64,000 nucleotides of DNA from NCBI GenBank assembly GCA_019694145.1, contig JAIBCJ010000003.1, positions 1,736-65,735 of the forward strand, read 5' to 3'. This document shows positions 9,438-17,614 of the stretch, piece after piece. Position numbers and translations under genes: made by a program. Numbering within the stretch: position 1 is the first letter of the stretch; the number at the start of each line of letters is the position of its first letter. Source of the stretch: Solirubrobacterales bacterium (GTDB taxonomy: Bacteria > Actinomycetota > Thermoleophilia > Solirubrobacterales > 70-9). The notes beneath the pieces are model-generated. The model had not been told where the DNA came from, made no database searches, and worked only from the letters and a program-made list of their open reading frames with translations.

Positions 9438-10457
9438 TTGCCCGTGAGCGGCGAACGTCTATTTGAGGATCAAACTCCATCCCTCTGCTTTGAAGAGCGG
9501 GTCAACCTATTGCTAGAGCCGAAAAGACCGGGCAGTCCGCTCGTGCTTGACCTCTTTGCCGGATGTGGTGGCCTTGCCCTTGGGTTTGAATCTGCGGGGT
9601 TCGAAACGCTTGGGTTCGAAACCAACCCCGACTGCGTAGCGACGTACCGTTCAAACCTCAGCGGCGATTGCCTTGAAGTAAATCTGACCCGGGATTTTGA
9701 CTTTCCCGCTAAGGCCGACGTGATAATCGGCGGACCGCCTTGTCAACCGTTTAGCGTTCGCGGATCCCAGAAGGGAAATCAGGACGCGAGGAATGGCTTC
9801 CCGGCATTCCTTGCGGCCGTGGAACAGATAGCGCCTGATCTGGTGATCGCCGAGAATGTTCGCGGAATGCTCTACCGAAATCGGGAGTATCTCGATGAGG
9901 TCGTTCAGAAACTGAGGGACTTCGGATACTCCGTCGAAGTTGAGCTTCTGAACGCGAAGAATTTTGGAGTGCCACAGAATCGGGAGCGGGTAATCATCGT
10001 AGGGCACCGGCTTGGCTGGGATTGGCCCGACCCGTCCGACTTTCCCCTAGTGACGGCTGGCGAAGCACTTGGCGATATGGCTTTCGAAATACCGCCCGAC
10101 TCGAAATTCCTGACTTCCAGCATGGATAGATATATCGCCGAATATGAGCGTAAGTCTGGTTGCGCGAGGCCCAGGGATTTGCATTTGGATCGGCCCGCAA
10201 GGACATTGACGTGCCGGAACCTTGCAGGCGCCACCTCCGATATGCACCGATTGCTTCTCCCGGATGGTCGGCGACGACGAATCACGACCAAGGAGGCCGC
10301 CAGACTTCAAACTTTTCCCGATTGGTTTCAGTTCTGCGGAACAGAACTTTCGGTCTTCAACCAGATCGGGAACGCCGTACCCCCATTGTTTTCGCTCGCT
10401 CTCGCTGAACAAGCCAAGCTTTCGCTGGGCCTCCAAGGCGTGACTTCCACCGTCTGA
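9438..10457 (+). CDS. DNA (cytosine-5)-methyltransferase
   Basis: Canonical C5-MTase motifs in order: I FAGCGG, IV GPPCQPFS, VI ENV, VIII QNRERV, X GNAVPP. TTG start. AT-richer than the backbone. Confidence 0.9.
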   Translation: MPVSGERLFEDQTPSLCFEERVNLLLEPKRPGSPLVLDLFAGCGGLALGFESAGFETLGFETNPDCVATYRSNLSGDCLEVNLTRDFDFPAKADVIIGGPPCQPFSVRGSQKGNQDARNGFPAFLAAVEQIAPDLVIAENVRGMLYRNREYLDEVVQKLRDFGYSVEVELLNAKNFGVPQNRERVIIVGHRLGWDWPDPSDFPLVTAGEALGDMAFEIPPDSKFLTSSMDRYIAEYERKSGCARPRDLHLDRPARTLTCRNLAGATSDMHRLLLPDGRRRRITTKEAARLQTFPDWFQFCGTELSVFNQIGNAVPPLFSLALAEQAKLSLGLQGVTSTV

Positions 10458-10482
10458 GTGTCTCAACGGGATATCGGATCAA

Positions 10483-11532
10483 GTGGCTTATAACCTGTCC
10501 CCCACTTCGACAGTCCGATCAATCAGCAGTAAACAGTTCCGCAAGAAGTCATCTGAAATTCAGGACTTGATCAACCAGGCGTTGGAGATTTTCGACGCTT
10601 TCGGGATTCCGCCGGAGAAGACGGGGAGAAGGAACGAAGCCGTGGCGATGGCATTCATTGCTGTTGCGGGCGTCACAGCCCCTAGCAGTTGGCAGATGGC
10701 TGAGGACCTTGACACGCCACGAGCGTTGACTACTCGGGAAATCATAATTTTCGCCAATAAGTACTTGGGTGAAGAGCGTTCGTCGGGGAGCTATGACGAC
10801 GTACGGAGAAAAGACTTGAAGCGCCTCGTTGAAGCCGGGCTAGTGACCAATAGCGCACCCGAAAGTGCCCACAATAGCCCGAAGAGGGGCTGGGGAATCA
10901 ATCCGCATTTCGGGGAGGCCATCCGGTCGTTTGGATCCGAGGACTGGGTGAAAGAACTCAATCTCGCGATGGCCGGATACAAGACATGGAGTGAGAAGTA
11001 CTCAACAATAAGGGAGATGAGCCGCGTAAAAGTCCGGATCTCTGATGATGCGGAGATCACTTTCGGACCGGGCGCACACAACGAGCTTCAAAAGCAGATC
11101 ATCGAAGAATTTCTCCCACGATACGGCTACGGCGCCGAGGTTATCTATGTGGCTGATGGGGAGAATCGCAGTCTCCACCACGACAAGGAGAGGCTCAATT
11201 CTCTGAACGTGTTCGAGCTCAAGCACGAACAATTGCCTGACGTTCTTGCTTTCTCAGAGGCGAAAGACTGGCTCTACGTGATCGAAGCCGTCACCAGTAC
11301 CGGGCCGATCAGCCTTCAACGCCATGTTGCGATTTCAGAATTGCTTGCAGACGTGAAATGCGAAGGGGTCGTGTACGTCACAGCATTCCCGAATCGCGAG
11401 AAGCCTTTTACCTCGTTCCTGCCAGAAATTGCCTGGGAGACCGAGGTCTGGGTCGCGAGTGATCCCGATCACCTCATTCATTTCAATGGAGAGAGATTCC
11501 TGGGCCCCTATCCCGTTCGGCAACCCGACTAG
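10483..11532 (+). CDS. Type II restriction endonuclease, BsuBI/PstI-like
   Basis: 349-aa ORF starting 25 nt after the MTase. By recollection, the C-terminal block LPDVL...WLYVIEAVTSTGPI...VYVTAFPNR...IAWETEVWVASDPDHLIHFNGERFLGPY matches the BsuBI/PstI endonuclease family signature. Confidence 0.7.
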   Translation: MAYNLSPTSTVRSISSKQFRKKSSEIQDLINQALEIFDAFGIPPEKTGRRNEAVAMAFIAVAGVTAPSSWQMAEDLDTPRALTTREIIIFANKYLGEERSSGSYDDVRRKDLKRLVEAGLVTNSAPESAHNSPKRGWGINPHFGEAIRSFGSEDWVKELNLAMAGYKTWSEKYSTIREMSRVKVRISDDAEITFGPGAHNELQKQIIEEFLPRYGYGAEVIYVADGENRSLHHDKERLNSLNVFELKHEQLPDVLAFSEAKDWLYVIEAVTSTGPISLQRHVAISELLADVKCEGVVYVTAFPNREKPFTSFLPEIAWETEVWVASDPDHLIHFNGERFLGPYPVRQPD

Positions 11533-11554
11533 CTTCCCGCGAATCGGACGGCGC

Positions 11555-11592
11555 GACCGTCTACAGCAACATGTTGTGCGGGACAGACGGTC
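11555..11592. terminator. Hairpin between convergent REase and vapC
   Basis: GACCGTCT / AGACGGTC 8-bp arms enclosing the palindrome CAACATGTTG. Confidence 0.4.
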
Positions 11593-11594
11593 CG

Positions 11595-11972
11595 TCAATA
11601 AGCCGGTGCGAGCCCTTCGATCATCGGGAAGTGCCGAACGTTCGTAGTCAGGAGATCGGCGTCGGCGAGCATCGAGGTCGCCGCGATCAGGTAGTCCGCC
11701 ATGTCAATCCCGCTATGTGACGGTCGGAATTTTCGGGCCAGATCACCAGCCAGGCGGCAGATCGACTCTCCAACGGGGACCCATTCGATCGCGGTGAAAA
11801 AGCGCTCGAGAGACGCTTCTTCGCCAGCCCTCACGCCGGCCAGAAGCTCGAATCTGGTCACCTCGCTTGCCAGCAGTGGTTCATGTCCCTCGGCGAGGCC
11901 GGTCAACAGGCGGATCGCTGCTCCCTTGCCTCGGAGAAAGTCGATCACGACGCTGGTGTCGAGCAGCTTCAT
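11595..11972 (-). CDS. vapC: PIN-domain toxin VapC
   Basis: 125 aa. N-terminal MKLLDTSVVID acidic motif, plus later E and D (MADYLIAAT) typical of PIN. 4-nt overlap with the upstream antitoxin. Confidence 0.85.
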   Translation of the reverse strand: MKLLDTSVVIDFLRGKGAAIRLLTGLAEGHEPLLASEVTRFELLAGVRAGEEASLERFFTAIEWVPVGESICRLAGDLARKFRPSHSGIDMADYLIAATSMLADADLLTTNVRHFPMIEGLAPAY

Positions 11973-12226
11973 TCGATGCCAAAGCTGGCAAGGCGTTCAT
12001 CAAGCCCGCCGGGACGGACTTCGTCCACGAAGTCAGAACCCGACCCTTCGCTCTTCCATGCTCCGGCAGTCTCGAGAACGATCCGCAGCGGGTCCGAGTG
12101 ACCACGACCGTAGGACCGACGCACGGCTCTCCGGATCAGCTCTGAACGGGTGGCGCCGGTGTCCGCGGCTGCCCGGTCAAGCATTTCGAGCTCCTCACTG
12201 CCGAGATAGACCTGTGTCCGACCCAT
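11969..12226 (-). CDS. vapB: Ribbon-helix-helix (CopG-like) antitoxin VapB
   Basis: Start at internal ATG 12226 (MGRTQVYLGSEELEMLDRAAADTGATRSELIRRAV is an RHH pattern). The longer ORF to 12274 would run into arsB. Confidence 0.75.
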   Translation of the reverse strand: MGRTQVYLGSEELEMLDRAAADTGATRSELIRRAVRRSYGRGHSDPLRIVLETAGAWKSEGSGSDFVDEVRPGGLDERLASFGIE

Positions 12227-12233
12227 GACACCA

Positions 12234-13214
12234 CTATACACCTGTATACACCACACACAGCAGCGCCGTCGCAACGAAGATTCCTGTCGGGACTGTTACC
12301 AGGCCGATTCTTGTGAACTCGCGCCAGGAGACGGCGGCGCCGTCTTCGATCATCACACGGCGCCAGAGCAGATTGGCGATCGAACCCGGATAGGCGAGGT
12401 TGGGTCCGATGCCGACCCCGATCAGCATCGCCAGCAGCGCCCCTTCGCCGGCCGGAGCGACAGCCGGTAGCAGGATCAGGGTCGCCGGAATGTTGTTGAT
12501 CAGATTGGCCAGTACGGCGGCGCCGAAGGCGATCAGAAGCAGCGAGCCAAAGCCGGTCCCGGCGGGAACCAGGTCGGCAATCAGGTCGGTCAGGCCGAGG
12601 TCGCCCAGCAACCAGGCGAGTCCGCCGAGCGCCAGCAGCGCGGCCAGAAAGAGCGGCCGGATCGCTCTGACCAGCTCAACCGGACCGGCGGTGCGTCCCG
12701 CCAGCTCGCCAAGAACCATGACCGCGGCGCCGGCCCAGGCGATCGCCAGGGGCTCGACCCCGAGCGGACCGCTGACGATGAACCCGGAAAGCACGATTCC
12801 GAGTAGCGCCGCCGGCCAGACACTTACCTCGGGTTTGACAGTCGCCAGCTCGGGTGGTGACCGGACTTCCGCGGGCCGGGCCAGCCGCGGGACCAGCAAC
12901 CGCTCGACGGCGATCGCGCCCAGCCAGGGCAGAGCCATGAGCGCGGTGAAATGCCCAAAGGAGAGGTCGGTCTCGTGGAAGACCATGATGTTGGTCAGGT
13001 TGGAAACCGGCATCAGCAGCGAAGCTGAATTGGCCAGGTGCACCGTGGAGATCGAGAAGGCTTCATGACCGATGCCGCGCCTCGATGCAACCGCAAGCAC
13101 TACCGGGGTCATGACCAGCACCGCCGCGTCCAGGTTGAGAGCCGCGGTAGCCGCCGCCATGGTCGCGAAGAGACTGAACAGCAGGCCGCGCTCGCCAGAT
13201 CCCGCGTGGGCCAC
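12234..13214 (-). CDS. ArsB/NhaD-family permease, apparently 5'-truncated
   Basis: Polytopic membrane protein resembling the arsenite pump ArsB. The frame stays open, with ArsB-like sequence (AAFLAALLLLTNGCHRAGVFDYAGWRV), for 33 codons upstream of the only usable start (GTG 13214). It runs up to the in-frame stop codon of the neighbouring gene at 13314..13316. Confidence 0.65.
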   Translation of the reverse strand: MAHAGSGERGLLFSLFATMAAATAALNLDAAVLVMTPVVLAVASRRGIGHEAFSISTVHLANSASLLMPVSNLTNIMVFHETDLSFGHFTALMALPWLGAIAVERLLVPRLARPAEVRSPPELATVKPEVSVWPAALLGIVLSGFIVSGPLGVEPLAIAWAGAAVMVLGELAGRTAGPVELVRAIRPLFLAALLALGGLAWLLGDLGLTDLIADLVPAGTGFGSLLLIAFGAAVLANLINNIPATLILLPAVAPAGEGALLAMLIGVGIGPNLAYPGSIANLLWRRVMIEDGAAVSWREFTRIGLVTVPTGIFVATALLCVVYTGV

Positions 13215-13313
13215 CCGCCAACCGGCGTAGTCGAATACTCCCGCCCGATGACAGCCGTTGGTCAGGAGGAGCAGCGCGGCCAGGAAGGCTGCTGTGTAGG
13301 TGATCGCCTCGAT

Positions 13314-14342
13314 CTATGAAGTCTGACCAAAGACCTCGATGATCTTTTCGTTGTACTCGGTGATCTGCTCGTTTGGAATGAAGTAGGTCGGGGCGCCCGG
13401 CAGGATCGCGTCGCCGAACTGGGCGACCTCGGCCACCTTTTCCTTCACTTTGTCCGGGGTGCCAACCGCGCAATAGGTCTCGACCATCTCGTCCGAAATC
13501 GCTTCGGCCACTCCGGCGAGGTCGCCCATGCGGAAGGCCGCACCGGCATCGGCGGCGTTCTGACCGAAGTCGTGGAGTTCGAAGAGCGGCAGATAGGTCT
13601 TGACTGTCGCGTAGAAAGCCAGGGTCTTGCGGGCAGCTTCGAGACCGCGTTGATAGTCGTCGTCGATTGCCACGCAGATGCTCGGCAGGAACTCGAAGGA
13701 AGAACGATCCCTCCCCGAGCGGGAAAGACCGAGTTCGAAGGCCGGGACGATCTCCTGCTCGATCCATCGGGCCGAGCAGATGATGTGGCCGATCAGACCG
13801 TCGGCGACGTCACCGGCCATGCGCGACATGCCCTTCTGTACCGCCGCCGTGTAGATCGGGATGTCGGCGCGGACGGGCGGGGTCGATCGGAACCAGCCCT
13901 TGATGTCGAGGTCGTAGTACTCGCCCTTGTAGGCAACCGGCTCACTGGCCGCTGCGGCGTGGATGATCGCCCGGACTGATTCGATCGTTTCCCGTAGATG
14001 CGGGGCAGGCCGGCCGTACTCGGCGTTGTGCCAGGTCTCGTTCAGCCGTTTGACGCCCGGGCCGAGCCCCAGCCGGAAGCGCCCGCCGGTGATCTCATCG
14101 ATGTCCATCGCACTCATCGCCATGGTCATCGGGCTGCGCACGAACCCCCAGGCGATCGCGGTCCCGATGCCCATCGATTCGGTTTTCGCACCGAGGAATG
14201 TCGTCTGGGTGAATGCATTGCGGAATAGTTCGATCGCCCAGCCGCAGTCGAAACCGGCCGCTTCAGCCAGCCGGGCCATGGCCGCCATGTCCTCCGGCGT
14301 CTCCCCCGTGATCCCGATCGAAACCTTCTCCATAGCGCTCAT
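13314..14342 (-). CDS. LLM-class (luciferase-like) flavin/F420-dependent oxidoreductase
   Basis: 342-aa TIM-barrel LLM pattern (GFDCGWAIE..., GGRFRLGLGPG). Confidence 0.8.
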   Translation of the reverse strand: MSAMEKVSIGITGETPEDMAAMARLAEAAGFDCGWAIELFRNAFTQTTFLGAKTESMGIGTAIAWGFVRSPMTMAMSAMDIDEITGGRFRLGLGPGVKRLNETWHNAEYGRPAPHLRETIESVRAIIHAAAASEPVAYKGEYYDLDIKGWFRSTPPVRADIPIYTAAVQKGMSRMAGDVADGLIGHIICSARWIEQEIVPAFELGLSRSGRDRSSFEFLPSICVAIDDDYQRGLEAARKTLAFYATVKTYLPLFELHDFGQNAADAGAAFRMGDLAGVAEAISDEMVETYCAVGTPDKVKEKVAEVAQFGDAILPGAPTYFIPNEQITEYNEKIIEVFGQTS

Positions 14343-14448
14343 GCTCCTGAGCGTATCTGTTTGAAATCCCGACCAGGTGGTAGTGGGTCATTGCGTACCC
14401 GTCCGTACGCAAGTGGAGAGAAACCCAGGCACCAAGGGAAAGGCAAGC

Positions 14449-16233
14449 ATGAACAGGATGTTGATGAAACTGGCAGGACTGGCCGTCATGGCGGTCGCTT
14501 TTTTCGGCTCGACCGCTGCCGCGTCGGCAGATCCGGTCGTTTTCAATTTCGATGAATCGATCATCAATCTCGGAGGCGGCTCGGGCCCGCAAGGCCTCAA
14601 GCTGATCGACCCCGATGCGGACCCCGCCGATGCCCCGGCCACCCTGAATGGCGAGGTGGACACGGCAACTGACGCTTTCACCGCCGCAGCATCCGGCTTC
14701 ACCTTTCCCCAGAAGACCACCCAGGTTTCAGGTCAGGACGTCGTCGTGACGATCACCGCCAACGCGGCGATCACCGGAACGTTTGACACCGACACCGGCA
14801 CCGCGGACATAACGGTCCCGGTCACCGTCAGCGCTGCCGTACTCGGCAATACCTGCACGACCTCCTTCCCGCTCGAACTCAAGACCACGGGCACTCTGGT
14901 CGAACCCGGCGGTAACCATGACGCGGCCCCCTTTGACCCCGACACCGGTGAGGGGAGCGTCTACAGCTCGTTCACGGTGCCGAACTCGACCGGTGGCGCC
15001 CTCTGCGGCGTGGTCGACGGCCAGATCGGCGGCGCCGGTGACATCTGGCTCTCCGGCACTGGCGGAATCGATGAAGGCATCGTCACCGTCTATCCCGGCG
15101 ATGACGGCACCAGCCTCTCCACCACCGACGGCGGCTGGGTCCACAGCACCTCGTACGGCCCGCTCTGCGCACTCATCCCGGGAGTTCTCTGCCCCGCGAT
15201 GAACGGGACCTTCGAATCAGCCAACGGCAGCTCCGGGGCCGCCGACGGCTTCCTGCGCGACACGGCCACCGGCCTGACAGTCACCCCGACCGGCCTCGGC
15301 CAGACCTCGACCGGAGTCTGGACCAGCCCCGAGTTCACCTATGACGGGGCCGAAGGCGAACCGGCCGAGACTCTGAGTTTTGCCCTGGCCAGGAAAGGCA
15401 CCCTCTCCGACCTGCTCAGTCAGTCCAGCGCCAACTGGCAGGTCGACCTGGTCAAGTCCAGCGACAGTTCGATCATCCCGCTGATTCCGAACGGTCCCGC
15501 AACCAATGCCGATTCCTGGGTGAACATCCCGGGCAGCGCGCTGGCGGCTGACGGCCTGACGATTGGCGACGCGTATCGCATCGTGATCACCACCAACGTG
15601 ATCACCGAGACGCTCGGCCTGGCCCCCTCTGGAACCTTCGACTACGACGAGGTGGCGCTCACGGCCCGTCGCGCAACCCCGACCGGTCCGACGGGCCCCA
15701 CTGGCCCGACCGAACCCACAGGTCCTACTGGCCCGACGGAACCGACCGGTCCTACCGGCCCCACCGAGCCAACCGGCCCGACCGGTCCGACTTCCCCGAC
15801 CGGCCCCACCGGCCCCACGGGACCGACCGGACCGAACAAGCCGGTCACCCTGACCAAGGGCAACGCCGCCTTCAACGGCAAGCGACTGTTCATTCGCCTG
15901 TATTGCCCACGCGAGTTCAAGCCGAAGTGCAACACGGTTTCGGTGCCGGTGACCAGGAAGGTCGCAAATAAGGCCCCGAAGAAGATCAAGCGCCTGTCGA
16001 AGCCGATGGCCAGGCCGATCCGGGTGACGGTCAAGTCGGGCAAGTGGAAGAAGGTCTCCTACCTGATCAAGCCTGCCTACCGGAACAAGGTCAGGAAGAT
16101 GGCCGGCAAGAACAAACGGCTGCTGGCGATCCGCGACTACATCAAGGCGAAGAAGTTCGCCGGCCGGAAGTTCAAGGGCAAGACCCGAACGGTCTTCCAC
16201 AGCCACAAGGTCGTGATCGGCAAGGCCAGATAA
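14449..16233 (+). CDS. Exported protein with (P-T-G)n repeat linker and basic C-terminal domain
   Basis: ATG 14449 with RBS GGGAAAGG. Signal peptide [27 protein letters not shown]. Has a 52-aa PTG/PTE repeat, then a ~130-aa Lys/Arg-rich tail ending HKVVIGKAR. Confidence 0.75.
   Translation: MNRMLMKLAGLAVMAVAFFGSTAAASADPVVFNFDESIINLGGGSGPQGLKLIDPDADPADAPATLNGEVDTATDAFTAAASGFTFPQKTTQVSGQDVVVTITANAAITGTFDTDTGTADITVPVTVSAAVLGNTCTTSFPLELKTTGTLVEPGGNHDAAPFDPDTGEGSVYSSFTVPNSTGGALCGVVDGQIGGAGDIWLSGTGGIDEGIVTVYPGDDGTSLSTTDGGWVHSTSYGPLCALIPGVLCPAMNGTFESANGSSGAADGFLRDTATGLTVTPTGLGQTSTGVWTSPEFTYDGAEGEPAETLSFALARKGTLSDLLSQSSANWQVDLVKSSDSSIIPLIPNGPATNADSWVNIPGSALAADGLTIGDAYRIVITTNVITETLGLAPSGTFDYDEVALTARRATPTGPTGPTGPTEPTGPTGPTEPTGPTGPTEPTGPTGPTSPTGPTGPTGPTGPNKPVTLTKGNAAFNGKRLFIRLYCPREFKPKCNTVSVPVTRKVANKAPKKIKRLSKPMARPIRVTVKSGKWKKVSYLIKPAYRNKVRKMAGKNKRLLAIRDYIKAKKFAGRKFKGKTRTVFHSHKVVIGKAR
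15679..15834 (+). repeat. Tandem 9-nt (Pro-Thr-Gly) coding repeat with 27-nt super-period
   Basis: 17 consecutive P-T-X triplets: [52 protein letters not shown]. Synonymous codon variation between units. Confidence 0.9.
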
Positions 16234-16268
16234 CGAACCTCCCTCCCAAATGAAGTGCCCTCCAAATG

Positions 16269-16305
16269 AAAGGGCCCGGGTCTCTGGACAAGACCCGGGC
16301 CCTTT
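16269..16305. terminator. Bidirectional terminator hairpin between convergent genes
   Basis: Perfect 15-bp stem AAAGGGCCCGGGTCT / AGACCCGGGCCCTTT with a 7-nt loop, flanked by A/T runs. Confidence 0.7.
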
Positions 16306-16320
16306 CGCCTTCTGACGGAC

Positions 16321-17493
16321 TCAGATTCGTTCGATGAGCGTGGCGGTTCCTATCCCGCCGCCGCAGCACATGGTGACCAGACCGGTCTTCTTGTCCTGAC
16401 GCTCGAGCTCATGGAGCAGGGTGGTCATCAGGCGGGCGCCGGTCGAGCCGAGCGGGTGGCCGAGGGCGATCGCGCCGCCGTTGACATTTACCTTGTCCAT
16501 GTCGGGCTGGAGCTCGATCTCCCAGGCCTTGACCACCGAGGCGAAGGCCTCATTGATCTCGGTCAGGTCGATGTCATCCATCGTCATGTCGTTGCGCTCG
16601 AGGATCTTGCGGGTTGCCGGGATCGGCCCGGTCAGCATGATCACCGGGTCGACACCGACCGCGGTCTGATCGACGATCCGGGCGCGGGCCTTGAGCCCGA
16701 GCTCGTCTGCCTTCTCCTTCGTCATCAGCAGAACCGCGGCAGCGCCGTCGGAGACCTGTGAGGAGTTGCCGGCGGTGATCTTGCCGTCTTCCTTGAAGGC
16801 GGGCTTGAGGCCGGCCAGCGCCTCGAGGTTGGTGCCGGGACGGATGCCCTGGTCGGTCATGTAGGTGTCACCGTTGACCTGGAAGGGGGCGATTTCCCGT
16901 TCGAAGCGACCTTCTTCGGTCGCCTGCTGGGCGCGGGCGTGGGAACGAACGGCCAGCTCGTCGAGATCGACCTTGGGGATCTCCCACTGGTCGGCGATCA
17001 TCTCGGCCGAGATGCCCTGGTTGACCAGGTCGTACTTCTCGAGCAGCTCGGGCGAATAGGCGTAGCCGTATTCGCTCATCACCTTGGCCGAATGTGCGAA
17101 GGAGATGTGGCCCATGTGCTCGACACCGCCGCCGATCATCACGTCGTGGACGCCGGAAGCGATCATCGCCGCTGCGTAGTTGATCGCCTGCTGGGCGGAG
17201 CCGCACTGACGGTCGATCGTGGTCGCCGGGGTCTCGATCGGGAAGCCGGCCTCAAGCCAGGCGTTGCGTCCGATGTTCAGGGTCTGCTCGCCGAACTGCT
17301 GCACGCAACCGGCAACTACATCCTCGACCTCGCCCGGGTCGATCCCGGCCCGCTCGACGACGTTCTTGTAGGCATGGGCCAGAAGAGTCGAAGGATGGGT
17401 GTCCTTGTAATAGCCCTTCTCCTTGTGGCCGCGGCCGACCGGGGTGCGGACCGCCTCCACGATTACGACTTCACGACCGCCGAACTTGCTCAT
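16321..17493 (-). CDS. Acetyl-CoA acetyltransferase (thiolase)
   Basis: Start at ATG 17493 (MSKFGGREVVIVEAVRTPVGRG) with RBS GGAGAAGAAAGG. Active-site region DRQCGSAQQ. C-terminal CCGGGIGTA. 390 aa, typical of thiolases. Confidence 0.9.
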   Translation of the reverse strand: MSKFGGREVVIVEAVRTPVGRGHKEKGYYKDTHPSTLLAHAYKNVVERAGIDPGEVEDVVAGCVQQFGEQTLNIGRNAWLEAGFPIETPATTIDRQCGSAQQAINYAAAMIASGVHDVMIGGGVEHMGHISFAHSAKVMSEYGYAYSPELLEKYDLVNQGISAEMIADQWEIPKVDLDELAVRSHARAQQATEEGRFEREIAPFQVNGDTYMTDQGIRPGTNLEALAGLKPAFKEDGKITAGNSSQVSDGAAAVLLMTKEKADELGLKARARIVDQTAVGVDPVIMLTGPIPATRKILERNDMTMDDIDLTEINEAFASVVKAWEIELQPDMDKVNVNGGAIALGHPLGSTGARLMTTLLHELERQDKKTGLVTMCCGGGIGTATLIERI

Positions 17494-17559
17494 TTTCTGC
17501 CTTTCTTCTCCTGATTGATGGCTGGAAAGAGGGGTTGCAAACTTGTAACAATCGTAGCT

Positions 17560-17579
17560 GATTGACTCGTCAGTCAATC
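17560..17579. promoter_or_regulatory. Candidate operator in the thiolase/hbd divergent promoter
   Basis: Inverted repeat GATTGAC-TCGTCA-GTCAATC in the 121-nt divergent intergenic region. Confidence 0.3.
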
Positions 17580-17614
17580 CCGGTTGTTGGTCGATCTCAA
17601 TAGGGTTCAGCCGG

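Larger units (their letters stand above)
7713..12233. other. AT-richer mosaic accessory patch (Cys-rich secreted protein, R-M pair, vapBC)
   Basis: Hand counts of 60-nt lines in 10.5-10.6 kb give ~45-55% GC, against ~65-72% in backbone lines. 8.5-9.4 kb (the MBL gene) looks native high-GC, so the patch is mosaic. No integrase or transposase was seen. Confidence 0.5.

Noticed and set aside
7713-12233. Integrative element with att sites, integrase or tRNA target
   Set aside because: No integrase, recombinase or transposase ORF and no tRNA at either border. The only tRNA is at 32089..32162. The region is therefore described as a mosaic accessory patch, not a mobile element.
15679-15834. Short tandem repeats that could be mistaken for a CRISPR-like array or a true collagen triple helix
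   Set aside because: The period is 9/27 nt with no spacers and lies inside a coding frame, so it is not CRISPR. Gly is replaced in 4 of 17 triplets, so a strict collagen helix is unlikely. It is reported only as a BclA-like stalk or linker.
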